Sequence record: PQ100635.1
DNA length: 64,000 bases
Reading direction: 5' to 3' (one strand)
From: Escherichia phage PNJ-9
Positions 14,451 to 25,723 of this stretch are shown here, piece by piece (the first letter of the stretch is position 1; each line of letters starts with the position of its first letter). The position numbers and the translations under genes are program-made. Below the pieces are notes generated by a model. It ran no database searches and had not been told where the DNA came from. It saw nothing but the letters and a program-made list of their open reading frames with translations.

Positions 14451-15455
14451 TTAAAACATAAACAAAATGTTAATTTCTTCTGTTTGGTCCATTGCCATAA
14501 TAACAGGTGGTCGGTTTTCCATATAAATCATTTCACCAGAATGACGCTGCAGGTCTCTAGGGTCGTAATAATCCTTTTCTGCTTTAACATTAGGGTCATT
14601 TGGATTTTTCTTAGCTTCTAACGGGTTTGCGATAATTGATATCTGTCTAAAACCCTTGTTACCAGGCAAAGCTGCCTCAGGGAAATAAACAGAATCAAAA
14701 TATGCTTTAAACCGCATCGTATTGGCTTTAACACGGTAAATCAAGCCGTAGTCATCTTGTTGCCAAGTTAAGTTATTTTCATATCCCCAACGGGTTGGGT
14801 CTTCTTTAATTTCTTCCGGCCATGGAACTACAAGATATTCATTAGTGCAACGGTTAATTGACACATCGGCAGGAATCTCATAAAGGTATTCCCAAATATA
14901 CCCATCACCGGTTTCGATAACCCCATTAGCATCGCCTCTGCCTTCAGGAGGAGACATAGAACGAACAGACGGAGTCCATTTACCACCTAATTTAAGACAT
15001 TCATCTTTATTATCTAAAGATTCTATTGAACAGAGCCCTACGTCAGGGACATCTAAACAACGGTAAATTAACCAACCAGCTCCAACTTCTGTCGCGTTGT
15101 ACGGAGCAGTATTACATGCGACTATATCGTTAATTCTAAACGTGTAAGGGTCTGGATATCGCACATCTCCCCAATCACGTCTAGGAATAACAGAATCTAA
15201 CATTGAAGGTAAAACTTTAACGATACCCATCATATGGGTCCACATATCAGTAACACCAAGAACAGAATCTGTAGGATAAGGTGGGGCGAAGCCCACCTCA
15301 TTTTCATTTGACGCCCAAGGCTCTGAACGTCCAAACGTAATATAAATGGAGTTCTTATCATCTCCATCCCCAACTGAATTATAAAAATTCAGCATTTTCT
15401 CTGTTCTAAATTTTGATGTAACTATTGCACGATAGATAACACTTGAATCATTCAT
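14451..15455 (-). CDS. 8: baseplate wedge protein gp8
   Basis: 334-aa ORF; position and length match T4 gp8. Confidence 0.85.
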   Translation of the reverse strand: MNDSSVIYRAIVTSKFRTEKMLNFYNSVGDGDDKNSIYITFGRSEPWASNENEVGFAPPYPTDSVLGVTDMWTHMMGIVKVLPSMLDSVIPRRDWGDVRYPDPYTFRINDIVACNTAPYNATEVGAGWLIYRCLDVPDVGLCSIESLDNKDECLKLGGKWTPSVRSMSPPEGRGDANGVIETGDGYIWEYLYEIPADVSINRCTNEYLVVPWPEEIKEDPTRWGYENNLTWQQDDYGLIYRVKANTMRFKAYFDSVYFPEAALPGNKGFRQISIIANPLEAKKNPNDPNVKAEKDYYDPRDLQRHSGEMIYMENRPPVIMAMDQTEEINILFMF

Positions 15456-18400
15456 CTAATTTAACCTGTGGTGGATTCACGGGGTCTCTTGGATTTCCTA
15501 CATTATCGATTAACCGCTGTTCAACCAAATCTCTAAATCTAGAGAATGTTGTTCCGGACGCATCAAATAATGGGCTCATCAGTTTACGTCGTTCCGATGG
15601 AAGTTGACCTTGAAATATGGAGTTATTGTTTTCAGCGTTATAATCTTCAGGCAATGGATAATCTTGACCAGCCATAGGGCCTATTTCATATATCGCTTCA
15701 CCTGTAATAGGGTCAAACTCAACATTTCCTTGTGGGTCTAATTTAGCCACTCGGTCTGCATATTTAGTCGGTAATCCAGAATCCCACTTATAGTTTTTGT
15801 ATTTATTAATAATGGTTTCAACATGTTTAAGTGTTAATCCGGTGTTAATAAACATTGTGAGAAGGGTAATTGCGATAAATCCAAATCCAACCGGATGAAC
15901 AAAACGTAATACGTCTGATTTCCAACGAGATGATGGAAGTTTAGATTTAATCTTCATTACGTAGTATGCTCTACCACGATTTATGTAATCGATGTTGTTC
16001 TGAGAAAGCTCTTTACCTTTAATACCACGAACAATTTCACCTTCAAAACCAGGGAGTCTTTCAGCTTTAACTTCCTGTCCTTGGATTAAACGACCTAAGA
16101 GGTTGTGAATTGTTACAGCCCATTGTAATTTACCTTTAGAGTAACTTCTCTCGATATACGTCACATTACAACGTCCTGTAGCGGTGTATATGGTTTGTCC
16201 GACCAAATCTTCTGTCAACGAATCAGATTCAATGATGATATCATATTCGGTCCCGGAACTAGATTCAATTTCAATTTCAACATCTTCATTATAAAGCACT
16301 TTAAACAAGAATTTATATGATGCTTCAGTTCCTTTAGTTGAATAGAAGTCATAACTTCTTGATTCAAAGAAACGAGACACTAAATCGCGTTTTTCGGCGT
16401 TTAAGTAAATGTTTCGTTTATAAATCTCAGACCATAAATATTCCCACGCATGTTCTTCTCGCGGATATTGATTTTTAATAAGATTTAAAAGGTTGTTATA
16501 ATGGGTCCCATAGCCGTCAGAAAGATACTGAATATAAGCCTCGCAGAATGCTTCGAAGTTTGTATTATCTAAAAGATAAGACTCCGGCATCATTGTAGTG
16601 AGCAATGGTCGTAAATCTGGGTCCGCAATACCGTTCTCTTCCACAGGAGACCATGTGGTATCTTTTTCTTGGTTTTGTAACGATGCTGTTAAGAATACAT
16701 TAGTAGGCTTCCAAATTATAGAAACATTATCTCTAACACGATAACTAAAATCATAATAAGAAATAATCTCACCTGATGCTTTATAGAAAATCATGCCAGA
16801 TGCATATTTTTTAAATCCGGTGAAATCTACGTTAGGCATCACTATTGTACAGTCACCGTCATTCCAATATTCATGAACTTCACGGTCTGGAGAACTAAGT
16901 GGATGACTCTCAATAACCTTAGTGTAAAGTAAATCAGAATAAATTACAACGACCTTGTCTGAGTTATTAATCCAACAACGAGTACCAGACTTTCTAGAAT
17001 AACTAAAGAATGGCTCAGCATAGTATTCCATCGGTTGAGGAGTAAACGATTCCCATTGAGAGTCTTCGGTTGAAATAAATGACATCATATGATAATGTTT
17101 ATCAGCCAACCATTCGCGAGGATACTCGTATTTAACAGCACCGATTAAACCGTACTTGGCTTGTGTTTTTGGGTCATCAACAATATCTGATTCTAAAAAT
17201 TTAAAATTACTAGATGAAATAGATAACTCAACACCATCAGTAGACATACTGGTGTACCCAGGTTCAATACGACGGCGTTCTTCTTCAGTATTACCAAACA
17301 CACGTTTAAATGTGCCAGCATCATGGTCTAGAACGTAAACACCCTTATCAACAGAATCAACAATAGGAGTGGTCCTCGGGTCGTCATTAAGATTAACAAC
17401 TTCACCGATAATCAGTGCAAATATTTTACCACCAACAGAATCCATTTTATAGCAAACTGCCTTAGGGTTACCTGTGATGTTAAATGTTTCTTGTTCAAAC
17501 AAACGTTCGGAATATGTCGGAGATAATGGGTCCGAATCAATAGGGGCATTACTAGTTTTAATAAAACGAACTTTATCTCGAGCAGCAACGTATACATAAT
17601 CGTCATTGCAAACGATAGCTTCTGCAATACGCGATACGTTAGCAGGTAATGATGCGTAGTTACCAAATATTTCTACATCAAATCCTAAATTTAATTGGTC
17701 GCCAATTTTAGCAAATGTTATATCTTGAGAACTAAATCTCACATCATCAGCAGACCAACGAACGTCAGTTGATTTACGGCCGTAAAATAATTTATCATAC
17801 CCAAGAACATACGTGGTGTGATCTGTCTGGTAATACACTGTTCTTGATACAGGGTACCCTACACGGTCATTAAACAATTTAACCGATTTCCAGGTTTGTC
17901 CCTTATCATTAGAGACTTTAACCACAGGCTGGTACCGTTCAAACAAATAAAGAATTCCTTCGGATTCCATCAAATAAACGCGGTTTATATCATGACACAC
18001 CTGTTGAATCGAACCTTGAATTTCATGATACTCATTTTCGCCAATAATGAAATTTTTAATAGATGAAATATCCGCATAAGCAGGGCTAAATTGGAACGAT
18101 TCATTCATTAGAGCTGCCATTATAGTGTCGTTATTAAAATCGACATAAGCCGTGTTGTTATTTGTAAATTTTTCTCTAATAAAAGTGTTAGCCAATTGCA
18201 TTTCAATCATATGTTGAAATGTATACGCGTTGGTCTGAAATGATTCAAATATTTCGGTGTATACCCAATCAGATCTCTCGAAGCCTTCGGCGGCAGTTGA
18301 TACACGAATAATATAAGAAGTTAATGGGTCTAAGCTACTTTCGAACCAATTGCTATTAGGAGTATATCCTAAATTTATCCATCTGTAGTTGGCAGGGGGA

Positions 18401-18546
18401 ATTATTTCCCCGTCTGCCGTTTTAGTCTCAGCGATTTCTACGAAATAGTAGAAATTAGCACCAACGTCATCCCAGCGTATTTGAACTTGGTTAGCGGACA
18501 ACTTGGATATTCTGAGACTTGTGACTGCTGGCGCTTTTACTGTCAT
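15448..18546 (-). CDS. 7: baseplate wedge protein gp7
   Basis: 1032-aa ORF; exactly the T4 gp7 length; correct position. Confidence 0.9.
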   Translation of the reverse strand: MTVKAPAVTSLRISKLSANQVQIRWDDVGANFYYFVEIAETKTADGEIIPPANYRWINLGYTPNSNWFESSLDPLTSYIIRVSTAAEGFERSDWVYTEIFESFQTNAYTFQHMIEMQLANTFIREKFTNNNTAYVDFNNDTIMAALMNESFQFSPAYADISSIKNFIIGENEYHEIQGSIQQVCHDINRVYLMESEGILYLFERYQPVVKVSNDKGQTWKSVKLFNDRVGYPVSRTVYYQTDHTTYVLGYDKLFYGRKSTDVRWSADDVRFSSQDITFAKIGDQLNLGFDVEIFGNYASLPANVSRIAEAIVCNDDYVYVAARDKVRFIKTSNAPIDSDPLSPTYSERLFEQETFNITGNPKAVCYKMDSVGGKIFALIIGEVVNLNDDPRTTPIVDSVDKGVYVLDHDAGTFKRVFGNTEEERRRIEPGYTSMSTDGVELSISSSNFKFLESDIVDDPKTQAKYGLIGAVKYEYPREWLADKHYHMMSFISTEDSQWESFTPQPMEYYAEPFFSYSRKSGTRCWINNSDKVVVIYSDLLYTKVIESHPLSSPDREVHEYWNDGDCTIVMPNVDFTGFKKYASGMIFYKASGEIISYYDFSYRVRDNVSIIWKPTNVFLTASLQNQEKDTTWSPVEENGIADPDLRPLLTTMMPESYLLDNTNFEAFCEAYIQYLSDGYGTHYNNLLNLIKNQYPREEHAWEYLWSEIYKRNIYLNAEKRDLVSRFFESRSYDFYSTKGTEASYKFLFKVLYNEDVEIEIESSSGTEYDIIIESDSLTEDLVGQTIYTATGRCNVTYIERSYSKGKLQWAVTIHNLLGRLIQGQEVKAERLPGFEGEIVRGIKGKELSQNNIDYINRGRAYYVMKIKSKLPSSRWKSDVLRFVHPVGFGFIAITLLTMFINTGLTLKHVETIINKYKNYKWDSGLPTKYADRVAKLDPQGNVEFDPITGEAIYEIGPMAGQDYPLPEDYNAENNNSIFQGQLPSERRKLMSPLFDASGTTFSRFRDLVEQRLIDNVGNPRDPVNPPQVKLDE

Positions 18547-20516
18547 TGTGAAATAGGCTCCAAATCTATAGTTAAGTACTGAGGACGTAAGTCATTTTCG
18601 AATACGATTAAAGAACCATCCTTTGTAAAAATAATATCATCTGCAGGGTCGGAATAAAGTTCAATTGTTTGAACTTCAAAACGGTCTGAAGTGAGGTCAA
18701 TTTTAGCAATGTTCCAATAAATCGAATCGGCAGGATAATTCACTTCACCAATTGAATAGTATTTGTTTCGTCCGTCAGTAACAGTAAGTTTATTAAAATC
18801 ATTACCTGTATAAGGTTGTATATTTTCGTTTTCAACAACATCACCGTCTGCAAATGGACCAATAATAACTTGACCTATGCCACGATCATTACGGTCAGAA
18901 GATACTATGCGAACACCGTATTTAATAGTTTCGTTTGCATTTTCTGGATTAGGTCTGTGTGAATCAAACGAGAATATATTAGATTCCATCGATCTATCTT
19001 TAATCTGATTATTGTATTTAATACCGGCCTCAGGCGTTTTATAGAAGTTTTGTACTTCGCGAACCATTTGAATAGTAGCTGAAGAACCAATAATAGAAAT
19101 ATCTGCATCATCGACATAAGTTAGCATTTTAGATTTTGCAAACGATGAGTTAAAAATTTCTACATCTTCAATATAATAACGGTCTATTTTATTAATAATC
19201 TGCCCTTCAAGATATTGTTCTGATTCCTGGAGTTTATTCAAAGCGTACGTAACTTTGATATTCATTTTGATAAACAAATAATCAGGCGAAATAACAACAG
19301 GTGTAATAGTCCCTAAGTTATAATCATTTAAATAGTTTTTGATATCATCACGTTGAACAGAAGTCAAATACAACCCAGACTTAGGTTTAGCAGCAATAAA
19401 TGCGTACCCTGGTTTAGATGAATCTGTGAATGTTTGAACCGCTTGAATAATAGAACCAAACCGCTCAGAGACGAATGTGTCATAGTCGGAAGCTGTTACA
19501 CAACGTTGTTGAGTTTCGCGTTTAATTGTGCCTAATTCGCGGATACGTTCAATATCTTCAGGGTCACCACCACCATCGGCCCCGACAAAGTCCGGGTTGT
19601 TGCTAGGGTTCTCGTTAATACCGATTACCGTGATATTAGCTAATGTATCAGCATAAGAAAATCCTACAGCACCGTTAGCATCTGCGCCGTTAGTAGAAAT
19701 ATACTCAATTACGATTTTAGAACCCTGAACAGGTTTAAGGCCGCCAATGTAGTTAGATGTTAACGCACCTTCTGATGTGTTAATAGAGATTTCGCCTTCA
19801 CCAAAATAAAATTCGGTGTTCCCATCAACTGTTTCACGCATATAATAGATTGTTGACGTAGAACCAGCGTGAACCATCGACTTACGAGTCCAGTTAATCC
19901 ATTCTGCTCCGTCAACATACAACTTAACCAAATTACGGTCAATATTCTTATCACGAATAATGATAGGTTTTAATCTATCAAATGTTAATTCAGTGCGAAC
20001 AATACGTCCTTGAGCTAATCGAAGACGTGGAAAATATTGGTTATTTTTGTCTTTAACTACAATGACATCTTCAGTAGAAACAAAGTTATACGGGTTAACA
20101 GAAGTATCTTTAGCGTATGCTAAGAAACGAGTGCCACGTGGAATGGTGATATAGTTTCTATTTAATGCATCCGTACATGTGAGCATAATTTCTGTTTGTG
20201 CTGCTGATTTAGATGAAGGCAGATATCCGTTATCTTGAGCCGCTTGTACAACAGAACTACGCAAGTTTGCAGTACGCATAAAACTTTCATACACTGCACT
20301 ATTACTAAACTGTTGGATGTAAAGAGTGTTATATGCTAAAAGGTCACATAATACGTTTAAACGCGAACCTTCAAAATCATAATCAAGAAATTCATTCTGT
20401 CCATTGAGCCATTCGATAATGTTCTGTTTGATTTCGGCAAATGTGCCCCCGATAAAAATCTCGGGAATAGCATTCGCTGTTCGTGTTAATTGATAATTTA
20501 CAGGAGTGTTTGCCAT
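18543..20516 (-). CDS. 6: baseplate wedge protein gp6
   Basis: Start placed at the internal ATG giving MANTPVNYQLTRTANAIPEIF (matches T4 gp6 N-terminus as recalled), 657 aa; the ORF track extends 19 codons further upstream. Confidence 0.9.
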   Translation of the reverse strand: MANTPVNYQLTRTANAIPEIFIGGTFAEIKQNIIEWLNGQNEFLDYDFEGSRLNVLCDLLAYNTLYIQQFSNSAVYESFMRTANLRSSVVQAAQDNGYLPSSKSAAQTEIMLTCTDALNRNYITIPRGTRFLAYAKDTSVNPYNFVSTEDVIVVKDKNNQYFPRLRLAQGRIVRTELTFDRLKPIIIRDKNIDRNLVKLYVDGAEWINWTRKSMVHAGSTSTIYYMRETVDGNTEFYFGEGEISINTSEGALTSNYIGGLKPVQGSKIVIEYISTNGADANGAVGFSYADTLANITVIGINENPSNNPDFVGADGGGDPEDIERIRELGTIKRETQQRCVTASDYDTFVSERFGSIIQAVQTFTDSSKPGYAFIAAKPKSGLYLTSVQRDDIKNYLNDYNLGTITPVVISPDYLFIKMNIKVTYALNKLQESEQYLEGQIINKIDRYYIEDVEIFNSSFAKSKMLTYVDDADISIIGSSATIQMVREVQNFYKTPEAGIKYNNQIKDRSMESNIFSFDSHRPNPENANETIKYGVRIVSSDRNDRGIGQVIIGPFADGDVVENENIQPYTGNDFNKLTVTDGRNKYYSIGEVNYPADSIYWNIAKIDLTSDRFEVQTIELYSDPADDIIFTKDGSLIVFENDLRPQYLTIDLEPISQ

Positions 20517-20524
20517 TTTAATTC

Positions 20525-20818
20525 CTATTTTATAAAGACTTTTGACGAGGCCTGAGAAACAGTATCCCCGCATGAAATTGGGTCAGCCATTTGAACAGCC
20601 TTTTTACCGGTGACGTATACTTTAGATGTACGAGGTTCAGTAACACCTCCATGAGTCTCGTATGGTTTTTTAATTTCTGTATGAGGTGTTATTTGGTCTC
20701 CTGCCACAAGAACAGGAATACCGCCGGTGAATACTTTAGATTGGGAAGCATTTATTACAGTAGGAGGCCATGCTTCATGACCTGTTGTAACGCACTTGTC
20801 GTAACTTAAGCCAGACAT
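20525..20818 (-). CDS. 5.4: baseplate spike tip protein gp5.4 (PAAR-like)
   Basis: 97-aa product from the internal ATG: [21 protein letters not shown]...; matches T4 gp5.4 as recalled. Confidence 0.8.
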   Translation of the reverse strand: MSGLSYDKCVTTGHEAWPPTVINASQSKVFTGGIPVLVAGDQITPHTEIKKPYETHGGVTEPRTSKVYVTGKKAVQMADPISCGDTVSQASSKVFIK

Positions 20819-20820
20819 TT

Positions 20821-21336
20821 TCACGGCCTCACATAAACATAGTTTCGTAATTGTTGAGCCCATTTGCTCCAATTTCCTACTATAGTTTTTGTATAAACCT
20901 TAGTAAGAGTTTTTTGTACTGGAGCCGGTGGAGGTTCTGTACCAGAGGCACTTCTAGAATCGCCTGATGAACTTTCTTCTTGGTAGTTATAAATCATTTC
21001 AACCGTATAACTAAACACTTTACGAAGATTCTGAGGAGCTCTCCACAAATATAACTGTGTGGATTCATCTTTTGGTAAATCATCCCATGAAGATGCGGTT
21101 TCAAAATCATCATTTAAACGGTATTTCAATGCATCCGAAGAAAAGCTAAACACACTTTCATATGTTCCATATAAACGATTACCATCTACCGTAATGCCTT
21201 GTGTCGGTTCATAATCTGTTATATTTATTGACACTAAAGTTTCGGTTGTTTCTAACTGTGGAGTAAAAAGGACGTCAATAGACGCCCCTTCCATGTCTTC
21301 TCCTAAGTCGGTATTTAAAGGAAGTATTTGTGCCAT
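20821..21336 (-). CDS. conserved hypothetical protein in the gp5.1 position
   Basis: 171-aa ORF between gp5 and gp5.4; assigned by synteny only. Confidence 0.55.
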   Translation of the reverse strand: MAQILPLNTDLGEDMEGASIDVLFTPQLETTETLVSINITDYEPTQGITVDGNRLYGTYESVFSFSSDALKYRLNDDFETASSWDDLPKDESTQLYLWRAPQNLRKVFSYTVEMIYNYQEESSSGDSRSASGTEPPPAPVQKTLTKVYTKTIVGNWSKWAQQLRNYVYVRP

Positions 21337-21339
21337 ATA

Positions 21340-23073
21340 TTACCCAATATCAATACGAGATCCGTCAACAGTGTATTGTCCTGAAGCTACTGAGCTCATT
21401 GTAGACATTGTTTCTGCCCAATCCCCGGCAACAGTCATATCAACATTACCATTAACAGTCCATTTAACGTTTCCGTTGACGGTGTAATCATGATTCCCTT
21501 CGACCTGAGTTTTAGCATCACCTTTAACAAGAATATCTGCATTTCCGTCAACAACTATTTTGATATTACCCTTAACGTAAAGAGTTCCATCGCCTTCAAC
21601 AGTTTTAGATTGGTTACCGCGAATAAAGATTGTGTCATTGCCATCTATTTGATGGAGGCGGTCTGCCATGTTATAATATATTTCGTTAGCACCAACGTTA
21701 ACAAGCTTATCGCCAGAAATCAAGAAGTTCCCGTCGCCATTAGTGATGTCAAAAAGGTCTTCTACAGTTTTACGAGTACGTCGCCCGGACGGAGAAACTT
21801 CCTCATATGACCCTGTTGGATGAACTAAGCGATAACGTTCATTACCTGGAGTATCGTCAAATTCTTGGATATGACCGCTTTCTGTTTCCATAGCATGAAC
21901 GTATGGATACTCACCACGATAACTTGATTCCGGTTCTTTAAAAAGGATGCGTGAATCTAACGGAACAGGAGGACCAGCTGGGTCTTCTGGATCGGTATTT
22001 CTAGTAACTAAATCAGCACCAACTCCTGGTGAAGGTGGTGTTTTAACAGGAACGCCATATGATTCCATGTTACCAGTTAAAATAATTGTTGTTACACGTG
22101 AAGCACGCCCTTTAGTCTGTTGGAACCATAACGAATCGCGTCCAGATTTGTATGCGGTTTTCCAATCACCTGTGGCCATTGCTTTAAGCATAGTATTGAA
22201 TTTTGCTACACCACCAACGCCCATCTGGAAGCACATGTTTTCTAATGCCATTTGGCGAGATCTGTTCATTTTAGCATAAACAGGACCTACTTTAGAATTA
22301 GAACGAATGTCTTTCTGCATCTTAGCAAGGTCCTTCTCAAATAATGCTGTTGCTTCTTCTAATGTAATAGTTCCCGGATTTCCTGTTACTTCACGCCCTA
22401 CTTGATCAGATAACAATTTATTAATTCGAGACATATCTCGGGTCTTTTCCATTACGATAAGGTGTCCAATACCTACTGTAGGATACCCGAGATGGTCCCA
22501 ATACACTTTATCACGAAGACCTTCGTCACGACGTAACATTTCTGTTATTGTAAAATTAGGGTCATCATCTTCTGGAATATTTGCTAAATCTGTATCATCT
22601 GGGTTTATACCATAATCCAAGTTGTTATCTTGAATTACGTTAGAGTTTGAATAATAACCAGCTTCGCCGCCTTGGTTTAATACGTTCGTATCATTACCTA
22701 AACGTCGCGGATACTGACCTGTCGGGTCTGAAAAACCTTCAAGTCTATTAGGCTTTTCACGTACTATTCCACCGTATGTACCAAGTACAATCCCGTTTGT
22801 TTTCCATTTGTCTAAGAAATGACCATATACTCGAGTTCCTTCAACAGGACCTGTAACAGAACCACCAATACCTGACATTGATGCAGACGTAATAGGTTGA
22901 ATAACAGTCATCCATGGAAGTTTTTCTGTAGGAATACCTTGTACATCACCTTGTGTTCTCTGTGCCGGATGAAGACCAACGACTCGAACTCGAACTCGCC
23001 CTTGTTTTAATGGGTCCATTCTGTCCTCGACAACGCCCACGAACCAATTAAGGCTACTGCTAATCATTTCCAT
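21340..23073 (-). CDS. 5: baseplate hub/spike protein gp5 with lysozyme domain
   Basis: 577-aa ORF MEMISSSLNWFVGVVEDRMDPLKQGRVRV...; lysozyme-like segment DEGLRDKVYWDHLGYPTVGIGHL; C-terminal V-x-G-x repeats of a beta-helix. Confidence 0.95.
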   Translation of the reverse strand: MEMISSSLNWFVGVVEDRMDPLKQGRVRVRVVGLHPAQRTQGDVQGIPTEKLPWMTVIQPITSASMSGIGGSVTGPVEGTRVYGHFLDKWKTNGIVLGTYGGIVREKPNRLEGFSDPTGQYPRRLGNDTNVLNQGGEAGYYSNSNVIQDNNLDYGINPDDTDLANIPEDDDPNFTITEMLRRDEGLRDKVYWDHLGYPTVGIGHLIVMEKTRDMSRINKLLSDQVGREVTGNPGTITLEEATALFEKDLAKMQKDIRSNSKVGPVYAKMNRSRQMALENMCFQMGVGGVAKFNTMLKAMATGDWKTAYKSGRDSLWFQQTKGRASRVTTIILTGNMESYGVPVKTPPSPGVGADLVTRNTDPEDPAGPPVPLDSRILFKEPESSYRGEYPYVHAMETESGHIQEFDDTPGNERYRLVHPTGSYEEVSPSGRRTRKTVEDLFDITNGDGNFLISGDKLVNVGANEIYYNMADRLHQIDGNDTIFIRGNQSKTVEGDGTLYVKGNIKIVVDGNADILVKGDAKTQVEGNHDYTVNGNVKWTVNGNVDMTVAGDWAETMSTMSSVASGQYTVDGSRIDIG

Positions 23074-23648
23074 TATGCAATCTCCATCTCACGAATCAAA
23101 TCTGTGATAAACGAGTTTATATCTTCTTTTGCAACAATTTTTATTTTACGAAGTTTTTCATTATCTAATACTGCAGCTTCATAAGTATCTACTGCAGCTA
23201 AAGGTCCTTTATATTGCGGATACTTACGAGCTTCATCACCTTTATCGTACCACACTAAAGGCTCGTCCGGATATGAAACCAAATTGTAAAATTTCTCATG
23301 ATTTTCATTAATATGATAAAGAACTTGGTCGCCGCCAGCATTAGCATATTTCTGAATAGAAGCTTGATACGCTGCTTCCTGAGATGTAATCCAACCATAA
23401 TACGGATCATAGTTGTCATTACACATCAAAAGGACCCAGTATAATTGAGGGTTGCCATAAATTATGTTTGCTAGTTCTTCAGGACGCGGAGAGCCTTTAA
23501 TATAATAAGAACGTAATCTATAATTGGCAGCAACACGCTTAAAGTACTCTTTATAGTTACGAAATATGTCTGTCATAGGAATAGTAGGTGCGTTCTTATT
23601 AACTGTTTTAGCACTATATCCTATTGGGTCGAAGAATGTAAATAACAA
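23073..23648 (-). CDS. 53: baseplate wedge protein gp53
   Basis: 191-aa ORF MLFTFFDPIGYSAKTVNKNAPTIPMTDIF; matches T4 gp53 as recalled; apparent TTG start 7 nt after a strong SD AAGGAG. Confidence 0.85.
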   Translation of the reverse strand: MLFTFFDPIGYSAKTVNKNAPTIPMTDIFRNYKEYFKRVAANYRLRSYYIKGSPRPEELANIIYGNPQLYWVLLMCNDNYDPYYGWITSQEAAYQASIQKYANAGGDQVLYHINENHEKFYNLVSYPDEPLVWYDKGDEARKYPQYKGPLAAVDTYEAAVLDNEKLRKIKIVAKEDINSFITDLIREMEIA

Positions 23649-23675
23649 GATAGTCTCCTTCCAATATGAAATTGG

Positions 23676-23683
23676 TATAAATA
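23676..23683 (+). promoter_or_regulatory. T4-type late promoter (TATAAATA) for gene 4
   Basis: Exact TATAAATA on plus strand 27 nt upstream of the gene 4 ATG; SD AAGGAGG follows. Confidence 0.65.
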
Positions 23684-23690
23684 ATAATAC

Positions 23691-23698
23691 TATTTATA
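23691..23698 (-). promoter_or_regulatory. T4-type late promoter (TATAAATA) for gene 53
   Basis: TATTTATA on plus strand, i.e. TATAAATA on minus; divergent from and 8 nt away from the gene 4 promoter. Confidence 0.65.
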
Positions 23699-23709
23699 AG
23701 GAGGACAAC

Positions 23710-24159
23710 ATGGCCTACTCTGGTAAATGGGTCCCAAAAAATTTAAAAAAATACCGTGGAGACCATACCAAAATAACGTATCGTTCAAACTGGGAAAAAT
23801 TCTTTTTCGAATGGTTAGATAAAAATCCAGAAATTATTGCATGGGGTAGTGAAACGGCAGTAATTCCATATTTCTGTAACGCAGAAGGTAAGAAACGTCG
23901 ATACTATATGGACATATGGATGAAAGATGCATCAGGTCAAGAGTTCTTTGTAGAAATAAAACCAAAGAAAGAAACTCAACCACCTATTAAGCCTGCAAAT
24001 CTTACTACCGCAGCAAAGAAACGTTATATGAACGAGCTCTACGTGTGGTCTGTGAACTGTGACAAATGGAAAGCTGCCTCAGCTGTTGCTGAAAAGAGAA
24101 ATATAAAATTCCGAGTTCTAACCGAGGATGGTCTTAGAAAACTCGGATACAAGGGGTAA
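23710..24159 (+). CDS. 4: head completion protein gp4
   Basis: 150-aa product [35 protein letters not shown]...; matches T4 gp4 as recalled; start at internal ATG after SD AAGGAGG. Confidence 0.9.
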   Translation: MAYSGKWVPKNLKKYRGDHTKITYRSNWEKFFFEWLDKNPEIIAWGSETAVIPYFCNAEGKKRRYYMDIWMKDASGQEFFVEIKPKKETQPPIKPANLTTAAKKRYMNELYVWSVNCDKWKAASAVAEKRNIKFRVLTEDGLRKLGYKG

Positions 24160-24161
24160 TT

Positions 24162-24983
24162 ATGAGCATATTCCAAATTATATCTGAAGGCGTACAAGCC
24201 CCTAAGATTGCTCAGTCTATGAATGAAAGAAAATGGATTGAGATAGGATTAGAATACAAGAAAGCTAAAGAGAAAGGAATCACTGCAAAAGCATTTGCAG
24301 AATCAAAAGGAATAAAATACTCGTCGTTTACATCTGCAATGTCTAGATATGCATCATCTATTAAGACTGCACAGAAAATTGAAACGCTTGAATCTAAACC
24401 TAAAAATAAACTCAATAAGCAAGAACGTCAACTTCTGATGATAAACTCGTTTCGCAGTTCAATACGAGAAAAGATTAGAAATGAAGGCGCAGCAGTAAAC
24501 AACAAATCATCTAAGTGGTTTGTTGAAACAATTAAGAAAAGTGTAAAAGGTCATAAAGTAGTCAAGCCTACGCCAGGCAAAATTTATACTTACGTGTATG
24601 ATGCTAAACATAAAGATACTCTGCCGTACTGGGACCGATATCCTTTGATTATTTATTTAGGATTAGGTAAACATAATTTGATGTATGGGTTAAACTTGCA
24701 CTATATCCCACCTAAAGCACGTCAACAGTTTCTTGAAGAATTGCTGAAGCAATATGCTAGCACAACTACTATTACTAATAACACAAAGTTGAAGATAGAC
24801 TGGAGCAAGGTGAAAGGATTTCAAGGTGCTGACAAAATGATTAAAGCATACCTGCCAGGCCACATTAGAGGAACAATAACAGAAATAGCTCCTAAAGACT
24901 GGGCTAACATAATCATGTTACCTACTCAACAGTTTATGTCAAAAGGAAAACGTTTCTCTGCGAATACTGTTTGGAAATCTTAA
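24162..24983 (+). CDS. 2: DNA end protector protein gp2
   Basis: 273-aa ORF immediately after gp4; length and position match T4 gp2. Confidence 0.85.
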   Translation: MSIFQIISEGVQAPKIAQSMNERKWIEIGLEYKKAKEKGITAKAFAESKGIKYSSFTSAMSRYASSIKTAQKIETLESKPKNKLNKQERQLLMINSFRSSIREKIRNEGAAVNNKSSKWFVETIKKSVKGHKVVKPTPGKIYTYVYDAKHKDTLPYWDRYPLIIYLGLGKHNLMYGLNLHYIPPKARQQFLEELLKQYASTTTITNNTKLKIDWSKVKGFQGADKMIKAYLPGHIRGTITEIAPKDWANIIMLPTQQFMSKGKRFSANTVWKS

Positions 24984-25085
24984 TTCTATTCTCTTCCGTT
25001 CTTCTGATATTCTGTTGAACCGGATTAATGGAAGAGACCTAAAACCATTATACTGCATTTTTATTAAAGCGTTTTTGAGGTGCTT

Positions 25086-25670
25086 ATGACTCGTCCAGCG
25101 AGACAGATTTTTAACCAAACAAATATAACAAACTTTGTTGTGGATATCCCAGATAGTACACGAACTTCAGGTTTTGTGCTCAATGCCCAAACGGCACCAT
25201 TGCCAGGTGTGAGAATTCCTGTTGTTGAAACTGTGACAGGCACAATGGGGTTAGGACGTGCAATGCGTGCAGGCACCACATTTGAATATGACCCTTTTGT
25301 TGTACGATTTATAGTTGACGAAGACATGACGTCCTGGATGAACATGTATAAATGGATGCTCAGCACTAATAACTATATAACCGGACATAATACGGCCCAC
25401 TCAGATGGTCCTGAGTTTGTTACTTTGCACATTTTAAACAACAATAAGACCGAAGTAGTTTTGACGGCAAATTTCTATAAACCATGGATTTCTGATTTGA
25501 GTGAAATTGAATTTAGTTACACCGAAGACTCTGACCCTGCCGTTACGTGCGTAGCAACTATTCACTACGCGTATATGACGATAGAAAAGGATGGCGAAGT
25601 CATTGTATCTCAACAGCCACGTCAAGCGGTCGAATCTAAATCCATTTCTAGACACCCTTCCTTGCGTTAA
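25086..25670 (+). CDS. 3: tail completion / sheath stabiliser protein gp3
   Basis: 194 aa from ATG 25086 (SD GAGG 5 nt upstream; ORF track begins at GTG 25080); assigned by the 4-2-3-1 synteny. Confidence 0.7.
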   Translation: MTRPARQIFNQTNITNFVVDIPDSTRTSGFVLNAQTAPLPGVRIPVVETVTGTMGLGRAMRAGTTFEYDPFVVRFIVDEDMTSWMNMYKWMLSTNNYITGHNTAHSDGPEFVTLHILNNNKTEVVLTANFYKPWISDLSEIEFSYTEDSDPAVTCVATIHYAYMTIEKDGEVIVSQQPRQAVESKSISRHPSLR

Positions 25671-25723
25671 TCGCTTCTAGCTCCGTATGTTATAATCATT
25701 CATAAATTATATGAGGAAAACCT

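Noticed and set aside
25080-25085. GTG start for gp3 as given by the ORF track
   Set aside because: An ATG two codons downstream has a better-spaced SD (GAGG); the GTG is kept only as an alternative.
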